A DNA stretch of 64,000 bases, from contig NC_090364.1 of assembly GCF_035084215.1 (NCBI RefSeq), positions 4,588,001 to 4,652,000 of the forward strand, read 5' to 3'. Below, one piece after another: positions 1-17,234 of this stretch; the stretch's first letter is position 1; the number at the start of each line of letters is the position of its first letter. Origin of the DNA: Heptranchias perlo. Its lineage: Eukaryota. Under the pieces are notes generated by a model. The model saw nothing but the letters and a program-made list of their open reading frames with translations. It was not told the origin of the DNA and did not search any database. A program made the position numbers and the translations under genes.

Positions 1-15
1 TAGGATACAGGAAAG

Positions 16-1912
<1,897 letters not shown>

Positions 1913-3504
1913 ACTGACGGCAGGGATAAAGTTTATTAGTGTTCATGTTCATGTTGTCTTGACACTCCCCCATCCTGTAGCAGTCATGACTTGTGTGGCT
2001 TTGTACAAAGAACTGAGACCTGGGCTCTTGTGAAATGTAATAGGAACTGTCAATAAATTGTTGAACTCGATTTTGTTGTCTCAAATTGAGTGGTTGCTGA
2101 TTTCTCAGTAACCTAACTTAGTTTACATCTAACAATTACATTGGGCAGTGTAAGAGTCAGTCCATTGTCAATTTAACCCCCCCCCCCCCTGCCATTCCTG
2201 TAGTAATTCCAATTTTTTGACTTGGATGTTGATGATCAAATTTCAATTCTGTGTTTACCTTGAATACTAATAGCACATTCCAATCTTTGCTGGTTTTAAT
2301 ACAAGTTACTGTTACCACTGAATATTCTCTTTCCAAAAGGGCATCTTCCTTTTTAAACATCCCCACTCCAGGACAAGATATCAGCTACTGTAACATTGTG
2401 TTAAAATATCAGGATAATGAGCTAATGTTAAACCAGATCAGTCTGCTGAACAATCCCATTTCAAAAAAGTTATTGCTATGGGATACACTGGAGGTAGCTC
2501 ATGAAACCAAACTCATCATTGCTGCTCTGGGCTTTCCAGTAAGCTTAGTGGTCAAACAATTACAGACCAGTAATGTGAACTCAGAGTACTTGGGGGAGGG
2601 AGGCAATGAACATTGGCACATTTGCTTTGTATCCACTGGCTTCTTAGGGGACAGTATAGATTTGGTGGAGAAGTTATGGCTTGATTAAAAACTTTTTTTT
2701 TTGCCCCACGTTTGCACCCACTGTCCAGGTAAAGAACCTGCAACACTCACTGTTGATCTCATGAGAAGCAATTGAGTAATGTACTCATGGGAGAGTAATA
2801 TCTGTGCAACTGAAATCCTTTTGGAAGGAGTAAATATATTTCATTGTTTAAATTTGCTTTTTGATTTCAAGTTAAATAGATATTTCTCCTGCAAAACCCT
2901 CCCACATCCCTGTCCCATCAATTCATAAACCCAATACAATCAGCTCCTCCCTTAAATGTATCAATTTGTATTTGGTCCTATTGTGCATTTCATACCAAAT
3001 AGTAATCATCCTTTCCAAATCCTATTGGTTCTCCATTTGTCACCTTCAACCCTATGAATGGATCAAATGTTGATGCTGTATCTGTAATTATCCAGTGTTT
3101 ACAAGTGAAGTTTAGGAACTTAGTTGTGAACTGCACTGGGTGTGATGGAATTGCAGTCTTCAGTCATTCCACGTTAATGTCTGCTTCTCTCAAAAGCACT
3201 TTTGGGGGATCAATTTCACCACATTTCATTCATTGCTGAGCCACAATTGTACAAGTCGGTTGGATTTGCTGATGGCTTTGACGGCTTCATATTTCGAGCA
3301 AAAAGTATTCAGCTCACTCGATGTGCTGAAACTGGATGAGGATCAACTGCAAACATTCCCCACACGGAGGTCACAACTGGGCTAATGGGGGTGAACTCTT
3401 TGGCCTGTTTTTCATTTGAGGTGTAATTCACACTGCTGATCCGTTCCCCACAATCTGATTGCAATGAAGCACGGCCAATAAGTACTTTTGAAATTAAAAA
3501 AAAA

Positions 3505-4947
3505 TTTTTTTTATTCGTTCACGGGATGTGGGCGTCGCTGGCAAGGCCGGCATTTATTGCCCATCCCTAATTGCCCTTGAGAAGGTGGTGGTGAGCCGCC
3601 TTCTTGAACCGCTGCAGTCCGTGTGGTGACGGTTCTCCCACAGTGCTGTTAGGAAGGGAGTTCCAGGATTTTGACCCAGCGACAATGAAGGAACGGCCGA
3701 TATATTTCCAAGTCGGGATGGTGTGTGACTTGGAGGGGAACGTGCAGGTGGTGTTGTTCCCATGCGCCTGCTGCCCTTGTCCTTCTAGGTGGTAGAGTTC
3801 GCGGGTTTGGGAGGTGCTGTCGAAGAAGCCTTGGCGAGTTGCTGCAGTGCATCCTGTGGATGGTGCACACTGCAGCCACAGTGCGCCGGTGGTGAAGGGA
3901 GTGAATGTTGAGGGTGGCGGATGGGGTGCCAATCAAGCGGGCTGCTTTATCTTGGATGGTGTCGAGCTTCTTGAGTGTTGTTGGAGCTGCACTCATCCAG
4001 GCAAGTGGAGAGTATTCCATCACACTCCTGACTTGTGCCTTGTAGATGGTGGAAAGGCTTTGGGGAGTCAGGAGGTGAGTCACTCGCCGCAGAATACCCA
4101 GCCTCTGACCTGCTCTCGTAGCCACAGTATTTATATGGCTGGTCCAGTTAAGTTTCTGGTCAATGGTGACCCCCAGGATGTTGATGGTGGGGGATTCGGC
4201 GATGGTAATGCCGTTGAATGTCAAGGGGAGGTGGTTAGACTCTCTCTTGTTGGAGATGGTCATTGCCTGGCACTTATCTGGCGCGAATGTTACTTGCCAC
4301 TTATGAGCCCAAGCCTGGATGTTGTCCAGGTCTTGCTGCATGCGGGCTCGGACTGCTTCATTATCTGAGGGGTTGCGAATGGAACTGAACACTGTGCAGT
4401 CATGAGCGAACATCCCCATTTCTGACCTTATGATGGAGGGAAGGTCATTGATGAAGCAGCTGAAGATGGTTGGGCCTCGGACACTGCCCTGAGGAACTCC
4501 TGCAGCAATGCCCTGGGGCTGAGATGATTGGCCTCCAACAACCACTACCATCTTCCTTTGCGCTAGGTATGACTCCAGCCACTGGAGAGTTTTCCCCCTG
4601 ATTCCCATTGACTTCAATTTTACTAGGGCTCCTTGGTGCCACACTCGGTCAAATGCTGCCTTGATGTCAAGGGCAGTCACTCTCACCCCACCTCTGGAAT
4701 TCAGCTCTTTTGTCCATGTTTGGACCAAGGCTGTAATGAGGTCTGGAGCCGAGTGGTCCTGGCGGAACCCAACTTAGCATCCGTGAGCAGGTTATTGGTG
4801 AGTAAGTGCCGCTTGATAGCACTGTCGACGACACCTTCCATCACGTTGCTGATGATTGAGAGTAGACTGATGGGGCGGTAATTGGCCGGATTGGATTTGT
4901 CCTGCTTTTTGTGGACAGGACATACCTGGGCAATTTTCCACATTGTC
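3505..4947 (-). mobile_element. 5'-truncated CR1/L2-group LINE (RT domain, inactivated)
   Basis: ORFs 4701-5099 and 3649-4728 give NYRPISLL, LDIKAAFDRVW, GVPQGSV and FAHD (catalytic D to H), with a frameshift between them. A-rich 3' end at ~3505. Interrupts a DeuSINE. Confidence 0.9.
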
Positions 4948-5290
4948 TGTTGTAATGTCAGAAACGCAGCAACCAAGATGGCCACAGCAAGATCCCACAA
5001 AGAACATGAAATATTGATTAGATAATCTGTTTTAATTACATTGGTTGAGGGATAAATATTAGCAGAGACACCAGGGAGAACTCCCCTTCTCTCACTCAAA
5101 TTAGTGCCATGGGATCTTTTACATCCTAAGTGAGCAGACGGGGCCTCGGTTTAATGTCTCATCCGACTGTACAGCACTCACTGGGTGCTGTGGTGAAGTA
5201 TCAGCCTGGACTTTGTGCTCAAGTCCCTGGAGTGGGACTTGAACCCACAACCTTCTGACTCTGAGGTGAGAGTGCTGCCACTGAGTCACA
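4948..5290 (-). mobile_element. tRNA-derived DeuSINE (SacSINE1/AmnSINE-like), array-unit copy
   Basis: tRNA-like head with B box GGTTCAAGTCC on the - strand and Deu-like core (ttaaaccgaggccccgtctg...aaaagatcccatggcact). Family name from recall. Confidence 0.75.
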
Positions 5291-5545
5291 GCTGACACAA
5301 ATGGAGATGTTTGTGTGGGTGACATTGCATTCAGTAATCTTCACTCCCTCTCATTCTCACTGAATATCCTGAATTTTACCAAACAACATTTCATGAGAAT
5401 CAAAACCAAAACAATGACACATCCCACAATGCTTTGCCCAGTTGATGCCCCCATGCTGCCAATCCTCAGACACACCCATTCTCTATATTAGAACTGGGGA
5501 CGATTCACACCATCCATGGGATGGAATTTCCATTTCTCTGACCAA
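5291..5545. repeat. Near-invariant upstream block repeated in every array unit
   Basis: gctgacacaaatggagatg...ccatccatgggatggaatttccatttctctg recurs at ~9945, 15528, 30302, 35543, 40975, 46606 and inverted at 54385-54638 with very few differences. Confidence 0.9.
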
Positions 5546-5799
5546 TGGATGGTTTGCAAATTCACGCAAGACTATTTGATTCCTTTGAATATTGTCTCAG
5601 CATCACAATTACTAACAAGTAATAAACTTGACCAGATTATGAAAAGCCACTTCAGTGAAAATATCAAATTATTCTCAAATAATTCAAAGTTGTCATTCCA
5701 AGAGATTTAAACAAAGAGACACTTTCGGATTTGACGGAGGTCAAAGAACTGAAAAGCAGTGACATCACCGAGACTGATCATCCAAACCGGCCTGTATTC

Positions 5800-5966
5800 C
5801 AAAGCTCTGATTGGCTCTGGGAATAAATCCCTCCCTCACAACGCCACTCCTTTGTTAGTTGGTTTCTGGATTCATGGACGATTCCTGATTGGCTATCGGG
5901 GATTGTCAATCATCATTGGTGATGTCATTGCTTACCAAAATGCAGGCTGTCCCAGGAGTATAAATA
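5800..5966 (+). promoter_or_regulatory. Ferritin copy 2 promoter (inverted CCAAT boxes, TGATGTCA, TATA)
   Basis: ctgATTGGct twice, catcATTGGtgatgtca, TATAAATA at 5959, 87 nt before the ATG. Same layout in all copies. Confidence 0.75.
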
Positions 5967-6045
5967 TAAGAGCTTGTGAGAGAAGAAGTTAGTTTTAGAG
6001 CTTTCTGAGTAATAGTGAATAAGTACTATTATAGAAATAGTGACA

Positions 6046-7929
<1,884 letters not shown>

Positions 7930-9569
7930 ACTGACTGCAGGGATAAAGCTTATTAGTGCTCCTGTTCATGTCATCTTGAAACTCTCCCATCTTGTAGCAG
8001 TCATGACTTATGTGGCTTTGTACAAAGAACTGAGACCTGGTCTCTTCTGAAATGTAATAGGAACTGTCAATAAATTGTTGAACTGGATTTTGTTGTCTCA
8101 AATTGAGTGGTTGCTGATTTTTCACTAAATCTAATTTAGTTTACATCTAACAATTACATTGGGCAGTGTAAGAGTCAGTCCATTGAAAATCTAACCCCCC
8201 CCCCCCCCCCCCATTCCTGTAGTAATTCCAATTTATTGACTTGGATGTTCAGGGTCATATGTTGAAGATCTAATTTCAATTCTGTGTTTACCTTGAATGT
8301 TCATAGCACATTCCAATCTTTGGTTTTAATGCAAGTTACTGTTGCCACTGAATATTCTCTTTCCAAAGTGGCATCTTCCTTTTTAAACATCCCCACCCCA
8401 GGACAAGATATCAACTACTGTAACATTGTGTTAAAATATCAGGATAATGAGCTGGTGTTAAACCAGATCAGTCCACTGAACAGTCCCATTTTAAACAAGA
8501 CTTTTGCCCTGCGATAAGAAGTCCAGGTATTAAAGTGAGTTGCTGCAGATCTCTGTTATTGCTGTGGGATACACTGGACGTAGCTCAAGAAACCAAACTC
8601 ATCATTGCTGCTGTGGACTTTCTAGTAAGTTTAGTGGTCAAACAAGTACAGACCAGTAATGTGAACTCAGAGTACTTGGAGGAGGGAGGAAACTAACATT
8701 GGCACATTTGCTTCGTATCCACTGGCTTCTTAGGGGACAGTATAGATTTGGTGGGGGAGAAGTTATGGCTTGATTAAAAACTTTTTTTTTTTGCCCTATG
8801 TGTGCACCCACCGTCCAAGTAAAGAACCTGCAACACTCACTGTTGATCTCATGAGAAGCAATTGAGTAAGGTCCTCATGGGAGAGTAATATCTGTGCAAC
8901 TGAAATCCTTCAGGAAGGAGTAAATATATTTCATTGTTTAAATTTGCTTTTTGATTTCAAGTTAAATAGATATTTCTCCTGCCAAATCCTTCCACATCCC
9001 TGTCCCATCAATTCATAAACCCAATGCAATCAGCTCCTCCCTTAAATGTATCAATTTGTATTTGGTCCTATTGTGCATTTCATACCAAATAGTAACCATC
9101 CTTTCCAAATCCTATTGGTTCTCCATTTGTCTCGTTCAACCCTATGAATGGATCAAATGTTGATGCTGTATCTGTAATTATCCAGTGTTTACAAGTGAAG
9201 TTTAGGAACTTAGTTGTGAACTGCACTGGGTGTGATGGAATTGCAGTCTTCAGTCATTCCACGTTAATGTCTTTGCTTCTCTCAAGCACTTTTGGGGGAT
9301 CAATTTCACCACATTTCATACGTTGCTGAGCCACAATTGTACAAGTCGGTTGGATTTGCTGATGGCTTTGACGGCTTCATATTTCGAGCAAAAAGTATTC
9401 AGCTCACTCGATGTGCTGAACCTGGATGAGGATCAACTGCAAACATTCCCCACACGGAGGTCACAACTGGGCTAATGGGGGTTAACTGTTTACACCTCAA
9501 ATGAAAAACAGGCCAATGTTCAGCTCACTCTGTGCTGATCCGTTCCCCACAATCTGATTACAATGAAGC

Positions 9570-9945
9570 ACGGCCAATAAGTACTTTTGAAATGTACTCA
9601 CTGTTGTAATGTAGGAAACGCAGCAACCAATAAGGCCACAGCAAGATCCCACAAACAGCATGAAATGATGATTAGATAATCTGTTTTAATTACATTGGTT
9701 GAGGGATAAATATTTGCAGAGACACCAGGGAGAACTCCCCTTCTCTCACTCAAATTAGTGCCATGGGATCTTTTACATCCTAAGTGAGCAGACGGGGCCT
9801 CGGTTTAATGTCTCATCCGACTGTACAGCACTCACTGGGTGCTGTGGTGAAGTATCAGCCTGGACTTTGTGCTCAAGTCCCTGGAGTGGGACTTGAACCC
9901 ACAACCTTCTGACTCTGAGGTGAGAGTGCTGCCACTGAGTCACAG
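9570..9945 (-). mobile_element. DeuSINE, array-unit copy
   Basis: Near-identical to 4948-5290, not interrupted by a LINE. Confidence 0.72.
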
Positions 9946-10401
9946 CTGACACAAATGGAGATGTTTGTGTGGGTGACATTGCATTCAGTAATCTTCACTC
10001 CCTCTCATTCTCGCTGAATATCCTGAATTTTACCAAACAACATTTCATGAGAATCAAAACTAAAAATGACACATCCCACAATGCTTTGCCCAGTTGATGC
10101 CCCCATGCTGCCAATCCTCAGACACACCCATTCTCTATATTAGAACTGGGGACGATTCACACCATCCATGGGATGGAATTTCCATTTCTCTGTCCAATGG
10201 CTGGTTTACAAATTCACTCAAGACTACTTGATTGCGTTGAATATTGTCTCAGTGTCACAATTACTTACAAGTAATAAACTTGGCCAGATTATGAAAAGCA
10301 ACTTCAGTGAAAATATTAAATTATCAAATAATTCAAAGTTGTGATTCTGAAAGATTTATACAAAGAGGCACTTTTAAGAAGGTCAAAGAACCCAAAAAGC
10401 A

Positions 10402-10747
10402 TCAAAGGTGACCATCCACAGGTCCTGGCTGGATGCGGCCCGTGGGGGCGGTCGCTCCGACTCTCTGCCTCGCTTCCGCAGCATTCTCTGCGCCCGGGTG
10501 GCCCTGGAGAGGGAGCACACGGTGTCTGCTGGTAAACTTGAGGCTTTCCGAGACCGGTGGGAGGCGCAGAGCTCGGAGTACGTCCTCGACTCCGACAATA
10601 AAGTTATGATTTGAATCTGGTTTTGTTGGATTTCGTATTAAAGAAATGAAGGTGACAAAAATACAGGTGACACTGGGTCTAAAGACAGCAACACAAGTGT
10701 CCCATCTTAGAATTATTTTAGTCAAACAGAAGAAAAGAGGGAAAAAC
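10402..10747 (+). mobile_element. Old Tx1-group L1 3' fragment in ferritin promoter-upstream region
   Basis: KVTIHRS...RVALEREHTVSAGKLEAFRDRW...DSDNKVMI* is homologous to the ORF2 C-terminus at 19907-20120. Probable 13-bp TSD aaccca(a/t)aaagca at 10389-10401 and 10748-10760. The empty site is visible in copies 2, 4 and 7. Confidence 0.88.
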
Positions 10748-10804
10748 AACCCATAAAGCAGTGACATCACCGAGACCAATCACCCAAACCAGCCTGTATT
10801 CCAA

Positions 10805-10968
10805 AGCTCTGATTGGCTCTGGGTATCAACCCCTCCCCCACACCCCTTCTCCTTTGTTAATTGGTGCCTGGATTTATGGAAGATTCCTGATTGGCTATCA
10901 GGGATTGTCAATCATCATTGGTGATGTCATTCCTTGCTCAAATGGAGGCTGTCCCAATAGTATAAATA
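10805..10968 (+). promoter_or_regulatory. Ferritin copy 3 promoter
   Basis: Four ATTGG boxes, TGATGTCA, TATAAATA at 10961. Confidence 0.72.
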
Positions 10969-11042
10969 CAAGAGCTTGTGAATGAAGAGGGTAGTTCTAG
11001 AATTGTCCAGGTGATAGTGAAGAGTGAAAACAGAAATAGATG

Positions 11043-13255
<2,213 letters not shown>

Positions 13256-15109
13256 ACTGACTGCAGGAATAAAGCTTATTGTGTACAGTAGTCCAGTTTA
13301 TATAGTCTGGTGCATGATGATTTGTGTGACTTTGGAGAGACCTCTGAGACCTGGGCTGTTGATTTGGAATATGATAGAAACTGTAAATAAACTGTGTTTA
13401 ACATTGGACTGGGTTTGGTCTCCTTTTTTTAAATTTTAAGCTGCTTATTTTTCAGTAAGAAGAACTACATTGGGCTGTTCGATACTGAACCATGTAATGA
13501 TATTAGGACAGGTGAGCAAAAGGTAGGTTTTAAGAAGTATATTGAAGGAGAGGGAGGAAATGCTGAAGCTTAGGATTGAGGCAGCTGCATAGAAGTAACT
13601 GTTTCACCATTCGTGAATATCCCCTCTCCCACGTGTGTAACTTTTTTTTCTTAAAACACAAGGCCAGTGAATTAGTATTGCACCATTTCAATCAATGAAC
13701 ATCCTGTAAGAATGGTATCAGCCCTGGGACTAGCAGTTCAGGGTTTTTTTTAAAAAGTAAGGTGCTATGGCTCTTCAGTTATTTTGGGGTAGCTCACTAA
13801 ACCAAACTGATCACGCTGCTCTAGACTTTCTGAAGGATTGTGAGCAAAGCAGCACATGATGGCTCTGAAGTACCAGCACTGTCGAAGTTCATAATGTGAG
13901 CTCACAGAACTGAAGTGGACTTCAATTGGGTGAGAGGGAAACCAACAACTATTGGCCTCTTGATGGGAATGTGGGGACATTTTTTTTTCTGGGCCCCTCC
14001 TCTGCCAAAGGAGACTTTTCATCTCTGTAATCGCCAATCCTACCAATTTAAGATCCTCCATGAACAAGAAATTGGGTGAGTTACTGGAGGCAGAATAATC
14101 CCTGTGGAACTGAACTTGAGCAAAACAACTTTCTGGAAAAAGCAAATATATTTTGTAAAACTCACATCTTAAAATGCCAAGTTCACTATGACTAATTCTT
14201 TCGGGGGGGAAATTTTCCACTGTTCCATTCATTCACAAATCCTATACAATCAGCTCCACCATGAATTTATCAATTTGCCTTTAGTCCCATTGTGTATTGG
14301 ATTCCAGAGTGACCATCCTTTTGCAATTCTGTTCGTTCTCCATTTGTCTCCTTCACTCCTATGAATGGATCAAATGTTGATGCTGCAGCTGTAATTATCC
14401 AGTGTTTACAAGTGAAGTTGTGAACTGCACTGGGTGTGATGGAATTGCAGTCTTCAGTCATTCCACGTTAATGTCTTTGCTTCTCTCAAGCACTTTTTGG
14501 GATCAATTTCATTACATTTCATACGTTGCTGAGCCACGATTGTTCGAGTGGGTGTGGATTTGTTGACGGGTTTGATGACTTCATATTTCAGACAAAAAGT
14601 CTTCAGCTCACTCTGTGCTGAATCTGGATGTGGATCAGCTGCAAACATTCCCCACACTGAGGTCACAACTGGGCTAATGGGGGTTAACTGTTTACACCTC
14701 AAAGCAAAATAAGGTCAATGTTCACCTCACTCTGTGCTGATACATTTCCTACAGTCTGATTACAATGAAGAATAGCTCTGGTAGCAACTCCCCTGGTGAT
14801 GGGCTAGAAAATACACATTTGTTCTTATGGAAGAGAAGTTTCTGTGTTTACATTTGAAGGAATTGTTTGATGCGGGAAACAGTTTATTCCAAGGGAACAT
14901 ATCTCATCACCTAATCCAGGACTGAAAACCTCAACCATTTTGCAATGAAACCAGATGTCAAGACTTTGGATCTCAGAGAAACACCAGTGTGATGAGCCAG
15001 ACTGTCAGACAATGTCTGAGTCTCATCATTTCAATCAGATTCAAATATTCTTCAGCCTCATTGGAAGCTGATCATAAAAGGACTCACCGAACATGCTGGA
15101 GGGAATAGA

Positions 15110-15527
15110 AAGAAGGAACTTGCATTTATATCGCGTTTTAATGACCTCAGGACATCCCAAAGCGCCTACAGCCAATGAAGTACTTTTGAAATGTCGTCGC
15201 TGTTGTCATTAGGGAAACACAGGAGCCAATTTGCCCACAACAAGGTCCCACAAACAGCAATGTGATAATGACAAGATAATCTGTTTTAATTATGTAGGTT
15301 GAGGGATAAATATTAGCAAGGACACCACAAAGCACTGCTCTTCTCTTACTCAAATTAGTGCCATGGGATCTTTTATATCCACCAACGTGAGCAGACAGGG
15401 CCTCAGTTCAATGTCTCCCTCGGTGTTGCAGTGAGGTATCAGTCTAGACTTTGTGCTCAAGTCCCTGGAGTGGGACTTGAACCCACAACCTTCTGACTCT
15501 GAGGTGAGAGTGCTGCCACTGAGTCAC
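15110..15527 (-). mobile_element. DeuSINE, array-unit copy (with 3' tail)
   Basis: Same head and core, plus tail (cttgcatttata...acctcaggacatcccaaagcgc). Confidence 0.72.
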
Positions 15528-16272
15528 AGCTGACACAAATGGAGATGTTTGTGTGGGTGACATTGCATTCAGTAATCTTCACTCCCTCTCATTCTCGCTG
15601 AATATCCTGAATTTTACCAAACAACATTTCATGAGAATCAAAACTAAAAATGACACATCCCACAATGCTTTGCCCAGTTGATGCCCCCATGCTGCCAATC
15701 CTCAGACACACCCATTCTCTATATTAGAACTGGGGACGATTCACACCATCCATGGGATGGAATTTCCATTTCTCTGTCCAATGGTTGGTTTGCAAATTCA
15801 CTCAAGACTACTTGTTTCCTCTGAATATTGTCTCAGCGTCACAATTACTAACAAGTAATAAACTTGACCAGATTAAGAAAAGCCACTCTGGTGAAAATAG
15901 CAAATTATTATCAAATAATTCAAAGTTGCCATTTCGAGAGATTGAAACAAAGAGAAACTTTCAGATTTGAGGAAATTCAAAGACCCCAAAAGCAGTGACA
16001 TCACCGAGACTGATTATCCAAATCGGCCTTTATTCCAAACCTCTGATTGGCTCTGGGTATCAACCCCTCCCCACACTGCCTCTCCTTTGTTAATTGGTTA
16101 AATGGACGATTCCTGATTGGCTATCGGGGATTGTCAATCATCATTGGTGCTGTCATTGCTGACCAAAATGCAGGCCGTCCCAGTAGTATAAATACAAGAG
16201 CTTGGGCAGGTAGAGGTTAGTTCTAGAAGTTTTTGAGCAATAGTTGAAAGTGATATTATTGAATTGGTGATG

Positions 16273-17234
16273 ATGGCATCCCAAGTGTGTCAGAATTACC
16301 ACAAGGAGTGTGAGGATGGTGTCAACAAGCAGATCAATATGGAGCTCTATTCCTCCTATGTTTACCTCTCCATGGTAAGTCTTTTATTAATTGCCACTGC
16401 ATTCTCAGGAGTTGGAATTTCTCCAGTTCAATAAACTGGCTTTAAAGTATGTTTCTCTTGATTTCTTTCCACCTCCCTTGGAAGGCAAAGCTTTGGCCAG
16501 TGAGTACTTCCAGTGTGTAATACAGGGTGATCTTGTTGAGTTAATGGACTGCTCCTTGCAGTAGTTGCACTCCATTGTGGGGTTTAATATACTCCTGGCT
16601 CAGCTGCTGCCTGAGTTTGTAACAAATGCAGAAACCTGGTCAAGTGCTTGTCAGCATTTGTCCAATTTCAGTTTCAATGGGGTGACTGCAGCCAGTGAAA
16701 TGTTGACAGGTCCTCACTAGTTTTCTTGCCTTGAGACTCCTAGTGATGAAGCTTTCTTTACTGAGCCTAGATCTCTATTACACTAAATGATTGTACAGTG
16801 TAAAACTACTGGAATGGAGTAATGGTCCCTTGTTCCTCTCCTAATTTTAGATTAGAATGGAGAGTAAATGTAGTACTAGCTCAGAAGTGAAGTTTGAGAT
16901 GAAATGTAATCCCTGACCTTAATTGCTATTTCTCTCTGACCATTCATTATCCTATTGGGGAGGGGGAAGCTATTGAACATCTTGTGAAGTAAATTGAATT
17001 TCACTAGTAAACAAATGGTATCTAATTTCTAAAACTTTGAGCACTAATTGTATGTAGGTGAGATCTCTGTCTGACATGATGCTGTTTTCAATATTCTCTC
17101 CACAGTCCTGTTACTTTGACCGGGATGATGTTGCCCTGCGTCACTTTACCAAGTTTTTCAAGGAGCAGTCTCATGAGAACTGGGAGCACGCTGAGAAACT
17201 GCTGAAATTCCAGAATCGACGTGGTGGCTGTATT
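16273..17234 (+). pseudogene. Ferritin copy 4, divergent exon-2 subtype, truncated by a Tx1 insertion
   Basis: TATA 16187, exon 1 16273-16374, exon 2 from 17106 ([43 protein letters not shown]) cut at 17234 by a poly-T. Exons 3-4 absent. Confidence 0.92.

Noticed and set aside
5220-5290. tRNA-like sequences in each unit
   Set aside because: They are SINE heads continuous with a Deu-type body and do not form a complete cloverleaf.
14708-14730. aaggtcaatgttcacc as an oestrogen response element
   Set aside because: Only one good half-site; the second half does not fit GGTCAnnnTGACC, and the first half is altered in copies 1-2.
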